The translations under genes were made by a program, and so were the position numbers. The notes beneath the pieces are model-generated. The model saw nothing but the letters and a program-made list of their open reading frames with translations, made no database searches and was not told where the DNA came from. 28,143 bases of DNA from a virus (Duplodnaviria > Caudoviricetes): the IMG/VR virus record IMGVR_UViG_3300009602_000064, positions 1-28,143 of that record. One strand, written 5' to 3'. Below are positions 1 through 8,193 of this stretch, piece by piece. How positions within the stretch are numbered: position 1 is the stretch's first letter; every line of letters begins with the position of its first letter.

Positions 1-1
1 G

Positions 2-895
2 TCCGGCTGCGGCAACCTGTGTAAACGGGGTTGTGCCGGTCATCAGCGCGGATAGCTCGCTCAAGGGCTGCTGACGCAATCGTATCGCTTCAGCGATTTG
101 CCGATCCCGAGCCTCTCTGTCCAAGGCAACCTGACGCTCGCCTTCAGATATGCCCTGAGCACGACGCCGCTGGGCAATATCGTATTCACTGGTGATCTCG
201 CCTAGCTGCTGACCGCGTCCGGCCAGAATGTTCGCCATGATGTTGCTTTGCAGCCTTTGGCCTTCAAACATCGACCGACTCGCGAGATCAGCCAGGGCAT
301 CATTTTTCTGCTGGTCGAACAGCCGCATTTCCTCGTTATAAGCGTCAGATCCTTCGGGAATGCCGGAATTGATAAGCTGCGTTCTCAATCCGCGCTGCGC
401 TCGATCAAATTGCGGATTCAACCGGGCCATAGCCCTGTTGAAAAACTCATCGGCAGCATTGCTCGTATAAGTATTTAGATCGGCATATCCCGGCAGCGCA
501 TAAGTCGCTGCCTCGGTGGAATAGGCTGGCTGCGCGCCTACGGTAGAGTATTGAAACGAAGCCGGTTCCTCAGTCATCCCCTCGGTCGTGAATGGCGATG
601 CCGGAACATCCCTCAGCCTCTGCTGGGCCAGTCCTTGCAGCCCCTCCTGAATACCCGCCTCACCGGCTCGTAGCCGCTCATATTCCGGCGCAAGACTGGT
701 CGCTGCGAGATATCGATCCGGCTCAGTCTCCCGAAAGGTCGTGGTTTGATAAGGCGAAACCACATCAGGCCGCGCTAGCCTCGCACCGAGACGCGCCGCT
801 TCTAGGTTGGCAGTATTTTGCTGCTGCCCGATAGCGCCGTAATCAACCGGCGGTGGCGGTTTGGGGGAGCTAAATAGATCCCTAATGAAGCCCAT
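2..895 (-). CDS. Putative internal virion / DNA ejection (pilot) protein, runs off the window edge
   Basis: Absent from the ORF track because there is no stop in the window. ATG at 895 follows GAAAGGAG; the frame MGFIRDLFSSPKPPPPVDYGAIGQQQNTANLEAARL... is open to the edge. Gln/Ala-rich and downstream of the tail nozzle gene. Confidence 0.7.
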   Translation of the reverse strand, partial: MGFIRDLFSSPKPPPPVDYGAIGQQQNTANLEAARLGARLARPDVVSPYQTTTFRETEPDRYLAATSLAPEYERLRAGEAGIQEGLQGLAQQRLRDVPASPFTTEGMTEEPASFQYSTVGAQPAYSTEAATYALPGYADLNTYTSNAADEFFNRAMARLNPQFDRAQRGLRTQLINSGIPEGSDAYNEEMRLFDQQKNDALADLASRSMFEGQRLQSNIMANILAGRGQQLGEITSEYDIAQRRRAQGISEGERQVALDREARDRQIAEAIRLRQQPLSELSALMTGTTPFTQVAAAG

Positions 896-1232
896 GACTT
901 AGCTCCTTTCTCAGCAAAACAGCCGTCCTCTCGTAATTCGGAAGCACCCTTTCCCAACCCGGACGGCCTATGATCTCTACGCTAGAAAATCCCTTTTCAC
1001 GGGCATACAAACAAATCGCTTTTTCCATGCCCAAGAGTTCGTCCAACTCGCCCCCTGCTAGGCCGACTCGCAGAGAACTGCCATACGAACAGGTCACCGC
1101 TATGGAACGCTCACCCTTGAACATCACAAACTCACCGCTCTCCAAACCGCTTTCAAGATCTTCACGGGTGATATCTTCGTAAGGCTCGGTCGAGGGGGCC
1201 AAGATGTCCCACATTTCATCGGATATGATCAA
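882..1232 (-). CDS. Phage GNAT-like (acetyltransferase-fold) protein
   Basis: 116 aa with a LAGG...GRPGWERVL pattern typical of the small gene after podovirus tail nozzle genes; overlaps both neighbours. Confidence 0.55.
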   Translation of the reverse strand: MIISDEMWDILAPSTEPYEDITREDLESGLESGEFVMFKGERSIAVTCSYGSSLRVGLAGGELDELLGMEKAICLYAREKGFSSVEIIGRPGWERVLPNYERTAVLLRKELSHGLH

Positions 1233-2755
1233 AACCCACCTACTCCTTGCTCAAATCGAACGTCTGTCGCCAGCCAACGCACCGACTGGGCTGATGTCTG
1301 GGTGCGAAGCCGCACGGCAGCATTCCATCCAATCTCGGATACGCTGAGCCATTCGAGTTTAGTATTTATTGGCGCGGCCCACGCCGCCGTATCCCATGCA
1401 GCGACATCCCAGGTTGCCGCATCTGATGTCCCGGTCGACGGCGTCAGCGTCGAAGTGCCGTCAGCATAGTCAACGTCAAATCCGATGCTCACAGTAAGCG
1501 CCGCATCAGACGCCATCACAGGACGAATCGCGGTATAGCGGTTCGGCCCGGTACGACCTCCGAAATAAATAAACGCCGTCTTGGCCGATGCCGCAATCGC
1601 AGTTCCGCCATCGTCTGGGCCTGAATCGGCCTTGTGAACCTTGGTATTGCCGCCGAAATAAAGATCACTGTTAAGTACGGCCCAGGTATAGGCATTCTGA
1701 TCGGTAAATCTCGCCCAGGATCCCGTTTCGAGATTCACAACGTATTGATTGAAATTGCCGCCAGTGCTGGCCGGGACATTGAAAAGACCGTATCCACCGC
1801 GCGGATATAACTCGCCCTCCCAACCAAAAGTGGCAGCAAAGCTCACCACTGCTTCATTATATGTGGCGCTGATTTTGTCGGTGATCGCGAGGTTTGGCGC
1901 AGCCTCTCCGGTGCCCAGCACCTGAGTCATCGGCAACACGCCGTTCTCGGTGATCAGATAGCAATCGCTGCCAACATTCAGAATACAGCGCCGTCCAATC
2001 GGACGGCCCACGTTATAAACGCCAACCAGCGACCATTTGGTTGCGTCCGCTGGATCGGTCCCGGCGTACATCGCTATTTCGCCTTCATCGGTCCAGAACA
2101 GCGCGTTATCTTCCGGCCCTGCGCCGCCGTCCCGTGTCCACGTTCCGATAGCCTGTAGCTGACCACCACGACCAAAAACGCTGCCCAGATCGAACTCTGC
2201 AACGGTGCCCGCGACAGCGTTGACCGGCAGGAATCCGAAAGTCAGAGAGTCGTTAAATACGAAAAACAGACGTTCCTTGAATAGCGTTACATTAACGATA
2301 TTCGCCGCCGTGACACCCGAGAGGGTCGGCGTGGCCCAAGCACTGCCGTTCCAATGGCGTGGGGCATCCTCGCCGTTGCAAATCCACAGGAACGCCCCGC
2401 CAGAGGTGGTGATATTGCTCCACTGGAACTGGGCATTGCTCAGACTGGTGATAACCGCCGAGCCAACCGCCCCGGCAGATGTCACGTCGTAAACCGCTGC
2501 GCCGGATGCTGCGAACATCGTATTCGCGGTGCCGGAATTATAAACCATCAGGCTTTGAACGGTGCTTGGAAGCCCCGTCACATGATCGTCGTAACCGTTG
2601 CGGACCTGAACATGAGACCGAGCCGGGAAGAAATTATCGAGCCTGATCGCATCCGTTGGCGGCAATAAATCCACAGAATCACGCGTATTCAACCCCCCGA
2701 TTGGGGCTGGAATTGTGGCGTTAGCGCCAGTTATGCGAAGAGGCGATGTACCCAT
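1229..2755 (-). CDS. Tail nozzle / packaged-DNA stabilization protein (P22 gp10 / tail tubular B-like)
   Basis: 508 aa, beta-rich, N-terminal PAPIGGLNTRDS...AIRLDNFFP motif; position downstream of the adaptor. Confidence 0.75.
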   Translation of the reverse strand: MGTSPLRITGANATIPAPIGGLNTRDSVDLLPPTDAIRLDNFFPARSHVQVRNGYDDHVTGLPSTVQSLMVYNSGTANTMFAASGAAVYDVTSAGAVGSAVITSLSNAQFQWSNITTSGGAFLWICNGEDAPRHWNGSAWATPTLSGVTAANIVNVTLFKERLFFVFNDSLTFGFLPVNAVAGTVAEFDLGSVFGRGGQLQAIGTWTRDGGAGPEDNALFWTDEGEIAMYAGTDPADATKWSLVGVYNVGRPIGRRCILNVGSDCYLITENGVLPMTQVLGTGEAAPNLAITDKISATYNEAVVSFAATFGWEGELYPRGGYGLFNVPASTGGNFNQYVVNLETGSWARFTDQNAYTWAVLNSDLYFGGNTKVHKADSGPDDGGTAIAASAKTAFIYFGGRTGPNRYTAIRPVMASDAALTVSIGFDVDYADGTSTLTPSTGTSDAATWDVAAWDTAAWAAPINTKLEWLSVSEIGWNAAVRLRTQTSAQSVRWLATDVRFEQGVGGF

Positions 2756-3987
2756 TACGCCAACATTCCCATTCTTCGAAGCCGCTCCTCTGCTGCGGCT
2801 GCATTGGCCTCTAGACGGGCCAATATTTCGGGCGATACCTCGCCTGCCACCTCTTTCCCGCCTTGCGGGACCTCGCCTGAACCAATCACACCCGGGGAAC
2901 CCCCCGCATAAGGGACAGGTTCAGGCTGCGGTGGAACAAACGGGGGATCAAATCCACCCTCCGGCAATCCAGCCATCGAACGTGAGAGCGCGCCGGAATC
3001 CGCTACAACAGGATCACCGCTTCCTACGCCCCCCAAAACATCTCCTAATCTTTGTACCCCCGCTGTAAGTGCCCTACCTACCGGCGCGAAGCCCTGGCCT
3101 GCAAGATCCGCCGCCAGCCGACCCGGAGCGGCGAAAAAGTCGGCCACTTGACCAATTTCAGGGATTTCCTCCCTAATTCCACGCATTGCCCTAGCTCCCA
3201 AGGTTGGGTAGCCAGCAAGCATAGATGCGGCTCCTATAGCCGGATTCGCCATGCCGATCAGACTGCCCATTACCGACGGGAACCATCCCATGTGGTATCC
3301 CGCCGGAACCGATACGTCTGACGATGGATCGTTTATGGCATATCCACCGGACTCTGACTGTTGGTTAACATCATAGGATTGTTGTGCCGTAGCACCCTGA
3401 CCGGACAACATCGCAGCCGGTGAATATTGGCCAGTACCGTAATCGCTAATCGGTCGAGAAAATAAAGCCTGATTCTCTTCGTCCGCTCGCGTTTCATAAT
3501 CAGGATCAAGCGTCAGCGCTCTAGCATTCAATTCCTGTAGAGTAGAAAGGTTCCAGTCTTCTCTTAGATTATTGTTCCTGTATGCCTCCACAGCCTCTAC
3601 CGCCGCCTCATGCTGACCGATTCGGTCGGCCAGCCCATACTGGGCCATTGTCTCGTGGAATCCCCCGGCCCAACCTGCTGGGGTTGGGGATGGGGCAGGC
3701 GGCGCAGCTGGCGCTGTCGCTTGAACCGTGGCTAATGCGGCAGCCAAAGGCCCGAACTCAGCAGTCGTAGCCACACCAGACGGACCAGACCATGCTTGTT
3801 CGCCCACATCTTCTATAAATGCAGGCAGTCCGTTCGCCATATACTGGCCGCCGCCCGGAGCAACGCCGCCGCCTTGCGAGCGCAGCATCGCAGCCTCTCT
3901 GGGGTTGATATAGGCGGCAAAATGGTCCCGTGGCGCTTTCCTGTTCAGCGCATTCGAGAGCAGTTCGCCGTAGAGATCTCGCGCCAT
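2755..3987 (-). CDS. Hypothetical virion-associated protein, Ala/Gly/Pro-rich
   Basis: 410 aa ORF in the structural operon; N-terminal AYINPREAAMLRSQGGG...NGLPAF motif; 1-nt stop/start overlap with the next gene. Confidence 0.6.
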   Translation of the reverse strand: MARDLYGELLSNALNRKAPRDHFAAYINPREAAMLRSQGGGVAPGGGQYMANGLPAFIEDVGEQAWSGPSGVATTAEFGPLAAALATVQATAPAAPPAPSPTPAGWAGGFHETMAQYGLADRIGQHEAAVEAVEAYRNNNLREDWNLSTLQELNARALTLDPDYETRADEENQALFSRPISDYGTGQYSPAAMLSGQGATAQQSYDVNQQSESGGYAINDPSSDVSVPAGYHMGWFPSVMGSLIGMANPAIGAASMLAGYPTLGARAMRGIREEIPEIGQVADFFAAPGRLAADLAGQGFAPVGRALTAGVQRLGDVLGGVGSGDPVVADSGALSRSMAGLPEGGFDPPFVPPQPEPVPYAGGSPGVIGSGEVPQGGKEVAGEVSPEILARLEANAAAAEERLRRMGMLA

Positions 3988-3990
3988 TGG

Positions 3991-4224
3991 CTAGGCCGTC
4001 TTGGCACCGCCGGGAAGCGTCGCACTGCCTGAAGCGGCGTAGTTATCCGTCGCGGATGCCGCATTGAACGTGCCCGGATTGACCTTGGCCTTGTCCGCCG
4101 CTGCATGCCCCGGCCCAGTAATGGAAAACGGACTCCCTCCAGCAGAGGTCGTCGCTTTGGGGTTGGCTTTCATGCTGCTGTTCCCCTTTTTCGAATACGC
4201 CATACCACCAAAATTCGGCATCAT
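3991..4224 (-). CDS. Small hypothetical protein
   Basis: 77 aa, GAAGGAGAG SD upstream, fills the gap in the operon. Confidence 0.65.
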   Translation of the reverse strand: MMPNFGGMAYSKKGNSSMKANPKATTSAGGSPFSITGPGHAAADKAKVNPGTFNAASATDNYAASGSATLPGGAKTA

Positions 4225-4237
4225 TTCTCTCCTTCAG

Positions 4238-4948
4238 TTAAACGCCGCCATAACTTCCTTCTGGCTCGTTAAGCGCCAGAATTGCCCGACTCGGACCCCC
4301 CATTCGTACGATGGGACTGGCTCCGTCGTGACCGGAATATTCCGACACTCGATTCTGGTAATCAACGAACTGTTGGTCGTAAGGTAGGCCCTTGAGCTTG
4401 AGGAATCGCCAGACCACGCCCAAAATCACCAGTTCTTCTTCCAAAACTGTCGTTTGCGAGTCAGCGGTGAACTTATCGGCATTGGCCGTCGTCCCGCCCG
4501 ATGTATCCACCCAATCCGTGGATACGTACTCGAATTTGACCGATTCTCCCGCCGTAGGAGTCGGGTGCATCAGTAAATTACCGCCCCGAATCCTGAAATA
4601 ATTTGTAATACCTCCGCTCACGACCGCGAGTATCCGCTGCCACTCCGAATCGGTAATCGGGCCGAAATACCGCCGATTCGTGGTGCGATTCCACATCGTG
4701 TTATTGCTGAAACGTCCGAAATCCGTAGCGATGGTCGTCATTGCCCCCTGGCTCTCGGCGGCAATTGTCGTATGGCTACCTTCCTTGATCAGGACTTCCC
4801 AGCGATATTTCTGAACCTGGGCGCGGCCTTCTTGATTCGCCACTGCCTCAAGCTGGATTGTCGAAGTATCGGTCGAAGACGTAACCGCATCCGGCGCAGT
4901 AATGCCGATTAGCTTGGCGGCGTCCTGACAGATCGTAAGTAGGGTCAT
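4238..4948 (-). CDS. Head-tail adaptor (tail tubular A / P22 gp4-like)
   Basis: 236 aa starting MTLLTICQDAA, helical ends around a beta-rich core; ATGA overlap; synteny. Confidence 0.7.
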   Translation of the reverse strand: MTLLTICQDAAKLIGITAPDAVTSSTDTSTIQLEAVANQEGRAQVQKYRWEVLIKEGSHTTIAAESQGAMTTIATDFGRFSNNTMWNRTTNRRYFGPITDSEWQRILAVVSGGITNYFRIRGGNLLMHPTPTAGESVKFEYVSTDWVDTSGGTTANADKFTADSQTTVLEEELVILGVVWRFLKLKGLPYDQQFVDYQNRVSEYSGHDGASPIVRMGGPSRAILALNEPEGSYGGV

Positions 4949-5340
4949 CCGACTGCCTGTACCGGCCTCATTCCTTCACGATCAGCAATATAATCTCGGG
5001 CCTTTTTACGAAGATCGATGGTCCCCGCGCCTAGCGAGCCAACCGAAGCATCCGATAGATCGGCAAGCTCCTCGACCGTGTTCACGTCCTGGTGAATCAA
5101 GACTTCTTGCTTGCGTGTCCCAACGCCCTTCAACTCAGTCAAGGGAGTGCCTTTCGGTCGCACCTTCCCGCTGCCGCCCTCTTTGTAGGCGGCATATTCG
5201 GCGGGGAAATTCTCCTTTAGATAGCCTTCTTTCTCAGAGACTTTGTACAAAACGGTATTCATATCTCCGACCCTGTGTATCTCAACCAGATCAGGAGATC
5301 CGTCCTCGCCCGCAAATATCTCAACGCGAATATTGCTCAT
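4945..5340 (-). CDS. Helix-hairpin-helix domain protein
   Basis: PLTELKGVGTRKQEVL...VNTVEELADLSD is an HhH-type motif; located downstream of the capsid genes. Confidence 0.65.
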   Translation of the reverse strand: MSNIRVEIFAGEDGSPDLVEIHRVGDMNTVLYKVSEKEGYLKENFPAEYAAYKEGGSGKVRPKGTPLTELKGVGTRKQEVLIHQDVNTVEELADLSDASVGSLGAGTIDLRKKARDYIADREGMRPVQAVG

Positions 5341-5348
5341 AAGCAGTT

Positions 5349-5372
5349 GCGGGGGGCCACAAGACCCCCCGC
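5349..5372 (-). promoter_or_regulatory. GC-rich stem-loop between the SD and start codon of the HhH gene
   Basis: Minus strand: TAA-GAAAGGGA-GCGGGGGGTC-TTGT-GGCCCCCCGC-AACTGCTT-ATG; 10-bp stem, no U-tract. Confidence 0.55.
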
Positions 5373-5380
5373 TCCCTTTC

Positions 5381-5851
5381 TTAGATCACAAACGACTTGG
5401 GATACGAAGCAAGACCAGCAGCACTTCCTGCTGTTCCTCCTCGTGCCGTTGTCAGCTTGATCCCATCAACTCTCGTTTGAGAAGTTGCAGTATCATCCAG
5501 GCTTCCAGCAGTCGCGCTGGAATACAGGATCGCATCAGCGGCACAAGACGCCAGCACGTTGATCGTGCAAACGCCTCCCATCTGAACCCATCCATACTCC
5601 CCGCTCGAAATCGCTTCCGGGGCCGATGCGACAAGTTCGCCCGAATCAACAAGCGCTTTGGTAATCGGAACAGCAGAATATGCCTCAGTAACGGCGACTA
5701 CGTCATACTGGGCGATAGCGCTGCCCGCTGTTACATAGAGCCACTCAGAAGCATCGTTTGCCACCATTCTCGTACCAATCGCCTGCGACGCGGTTGATTC
5801 CGTCCCGCCGTCGAAGTCAATGCCAACCGCGCTTTGGGTTGTATATGGCAT
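5381..5851 (-). CDS. Capsid decoration/cement protein
   Basis: 156 aa, Ala/Ser/Thr-rich, GEYGWVQ motif, directly after the capsid gene, GAGGAGG SD. Confidence 0.65.
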   Translation of the reverse strand: MPYTTQSAVGIDFDGGTESTASQAIGTRMVANDASEWLYVTAGSAIAQYDVVAVTEAYSAVPITKALVDSGELVASAPEAISSGEYGWVQMGGVCTINVLASCAADAILYSSATAGSLDDTATSQTRVDGIKLTTARGGTAGSAAGLASYPKSFVI

Positions 5852-5862
5852 TAAATCCTCCT

Positions 5863-6819
5863 CTAGGCTTGGATGACACCCTGCCGTGCGCGGTTGCTGA
5901 CGGCCATATTACCGGCCCATGCAACTGGCATAACAAGAGCATCCTGATTGACAGAAGCCTTCTCACCAAGAGGCACAAATTCCCGTCCCTCGGCATATCT
6001 GAGGAACAGATAATCCGTGTTGAGGAAGTACATCTTAGTCGTCGGGCACTGATCGTCGTAGTACACCGGAGCATCCATGAACATCAGATTCATAAATCCT
6101 GCCGATGCCGACTCATCGCTGGTGAACCGCTGGTTTGTCTGAAGCGACGCCCAGTAGTATCCGAAATAAGTCGTGTCCCCAACGATCACATCTGGCCGAT
6201 CCGCGCCGCGAATGCAGGCGAGCCACAAAGTATTCATGGCCGTCTGAATCGTGGTTGCGGAAGCGGTGACGGTTTCCGTCGAGAAGTCGTAAACCTGATT
6301 CGCCCAAAACGTGTAGGTGCCGCTGTTGATGCCGCCAACCGTGTTACCCACGGTGCCGGGAACCAGCAGTTGCAGCCCACCAATTTCCTTCGAATCAGTG
6401 CCGGTGCCGTCCGCATAGAGTGCGGTCGCCATCGTGTTCTTGAGCGATTTCTCAAGGTTCCGAATGCGACTTTTAAGCAGATTGAATATCTGCTCTGGGC
6501 CGGAATTCTCGACCTGCTCAAGACCGGAAATCACCACGTTCCCCGCCAACTGCTTGTAATTAAACTCGGCAGCGGTGAAGACGTTGCTGGTTGAAGTATC
6601 AAGCACCTCGTAACCCGAATACCACTTAGTAGTCGAGTTCGTAGCGTACTCAAGTTCCTGAACGATGGTACGACCTGTCGCGGGCATCTTGTTCCCGTTC
6701 TTGTCGATGTGACGCAGCAACGCATTGTTGTTCGTCACATTGTCCGCCATCGTCTTGGAGTAACCAGCAAGTGTCGTGGTCACAATCTCCGTATAGGTAC
6801 TATTTGGAGAAGTAGCCAT
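5863..6819 (-). CDS. Major capsid protein (HK97 fold)
   Basis: 318 aa; ADNVTNNNALL...GRTIVQELEY...LYADGTG...IGGLQ...MYFLNTDYL; follows the scaffold gene; GGGAG SD. Confidence 0.88.
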   Translation of the reverse strand: MATSPNSTYTEIVTTTLAGYSKTMADNVTNNNALLRHIDKNGNKMPATGRTIVQELEYATNSTTKWYSGYEVLDTSTSNVFTAAEFNYKQLAGNVVISGLEQVENSGPEQIFNLLKSRIRNLEKSLKNTMATALYADGTGTDSKEIGGLQLLVPGTVGNTVGGINSGTYTFWANQVYDFSTETVTASATTIQTAMNTLWLACIRGADRPDVIVGDTTYFGYYWASLQTNQRFTSDESASAGFMNLMFMDAPVYYDDQCPTTKMYFLNTDYLFLRYAEGREFVPLGEKASVNQDALVMPVAWAGNMAVSNRARQGVIQA

Positions 6820-6851
6820 TTCTGTTTGCTCCCATCAAGGGGCAACAAAAC

Positions 6852-7934
6852 TTATCCAGACACGGCTGATCCAATCGAATTGCGTAGAATGTTGTCGAGA
6901 TCGGCCTGTTTCACAGTACCGCCCGGAGGCGATCCGCTGCCGTGTACGGGTTGCGACTTCTTGGCTTTTTCGACAGCCGCCTTACGTCTGCCATTTTCCT
7001 TTTCCGCCACATCCTTGCGTTCGTTAGCGATGATCTCTTTGTAAAGCTCGTCGTCTAATCGAAGCGCCATGCCATACGCAGCTTCCAGATCCGTGGTCTC
7101 TCCAGCATTTACCAATCGCCCCATTCGCTCACGCACTTTTTCAAAATGCGGGTGCTTGAGATTCCCCTTCGCATCCTTAGATGCGGCGAAAGCCTCAACC
7201 TGATCCACAAGTTGTTGTTGCTGAGCGTTGACTTGCGATTGCTGCATCGACTGAACGTGTGCTTGTGTCTGAGTCAGTTGCTGTTGCAGTTGCTGAATCT
7301 GTGGATCGGAAGTTGTTTCCTCATTCCAATCCACACCCGAATCACCAGACGAAAAATTAACTCCATAGTGCTGGGCGAGATGTTGAAGCGCAGCCTGCGG
7401 GTTCTGCCTAAGCGCATTGTCATAGCTCATCAGCCGCGAGATATACTCAGCCTCGCTGATGCCGTTGGCCTGCATTTGCGACTTATACGGTGCCAGAACT
7501 CCCTGCAATGTCTCCACTTCACGTCGCTGCTCTGCGAGTTCAGTCGTCTTGCGAGTGAACGCCGCATCCCGTTCATGCTCCCGTTTCAGCATAAATCCCT
7601 GCTGATCTTCGGGTAGATGCTCGAACGCTTCGCGGTGTTCAGCGGGCCATGTTTTTGGCGCAGAAAGGGCATCAGGCACGGGCTCCGCATCAGGAGTGGC
7701 CTCGACCTCTACGTCATCATATTGGCCCTCGGCGGATTCTTCCGATGAGTCCGGCTGGACTTCGATATCTTCCGCACTTGATTCTCCGGCGAGTGGTCGT
7801 GGTTCGCTAGGAGTTGATTCCGGTTCGCCGCCCGTGAATACTCCGCCAATTGCGCTTTCCAGAACTCCGTCAATCGTAATTGATGTATCTGACGCTGGCC
7901 CCGCCTCCGGGGTGCTGGTCTCAGTTTCTGCCAT
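6852..7934 (-). CDS. Capsid scaffolding protein
   Basis: 360 aa, acidic disordered N-terminus, Gln-rich coiled coil, APKTW motif; between portal and capsid genes. Confidence 0.75.
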   Translation of the reverse strand: MAETETSTPEAGPASDTSITIDGVLESAIGGVFTGGEPESTPSEPRPLAGESSAEDIEVQPDSSEESAEGQYDDVEVEATPDAEPVPDALSAPKTWPAEHREAFEHLPEDQQGFMLKREHERDAAFTRKTTELAEQRREVETLQGVLAPYKSQMQANGISEAEYISRLMSYDNALRQNPQAALQHLAQHYGVNFSSGDSGVDWNEETTSDPQIQQLQQQLTQTQAHVQSMQQSQVNAQQQQLVDQVEAFAASKDAKGNLKHPHFEKVRERMGRLVNAGETTDLEAAYGMALRLDDELYKEIIANERKDVAEKENGRRKAAVEKAKKSQPVHGSGSPPGGTVKQADLDNILRNSIGSAVSG

Positions 7935-8193
7935 TCTTTATTCGATCCCAGTTGGATGGACGTTCGCTTCCCGCCCAATCATTACCGATTTGGCGAACAT
8001 TATGCCGCCTTTCATGGTCGCGCAATGACGAACGACTACCGACCATCTTTCCATCAATGGGAGAGACGAACGGATCGATGTCCTTCATTACGACGAAAGC
8101 CTTCTCTGATTTAATTGAATTACCGCGAGGCAATGGCGCTGACTGCGTCCATTCAATCGCATCGTAATTCTGCCGATACTTATCTAAAGTCAT
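7921..8193 (-). CDS. Conserved phage hypothetical protein
   Basis: 90 aa, DIDPFVSPIDG...SRSSLRDHERRHNV; overlaps portal stop and scaffold start. Confidence 0.65.
   Translation of the reverse strand: MTLDKYRQNYDAIEWTQSAPLPRGNSIKSEKAFVVMKDIDPFVSPIDGKMVGSRSSLRDHERRHNVRQIGNDWAGSERPSNWDRIKNGRN

Noticed and set aside
5758-6594. 278-aa plus-strand ORF and similar plus-strand ORFs over 1-12 kb and 24-28 kb
   Set aside because: Antisense shadows of well-supported minus-strand genes.
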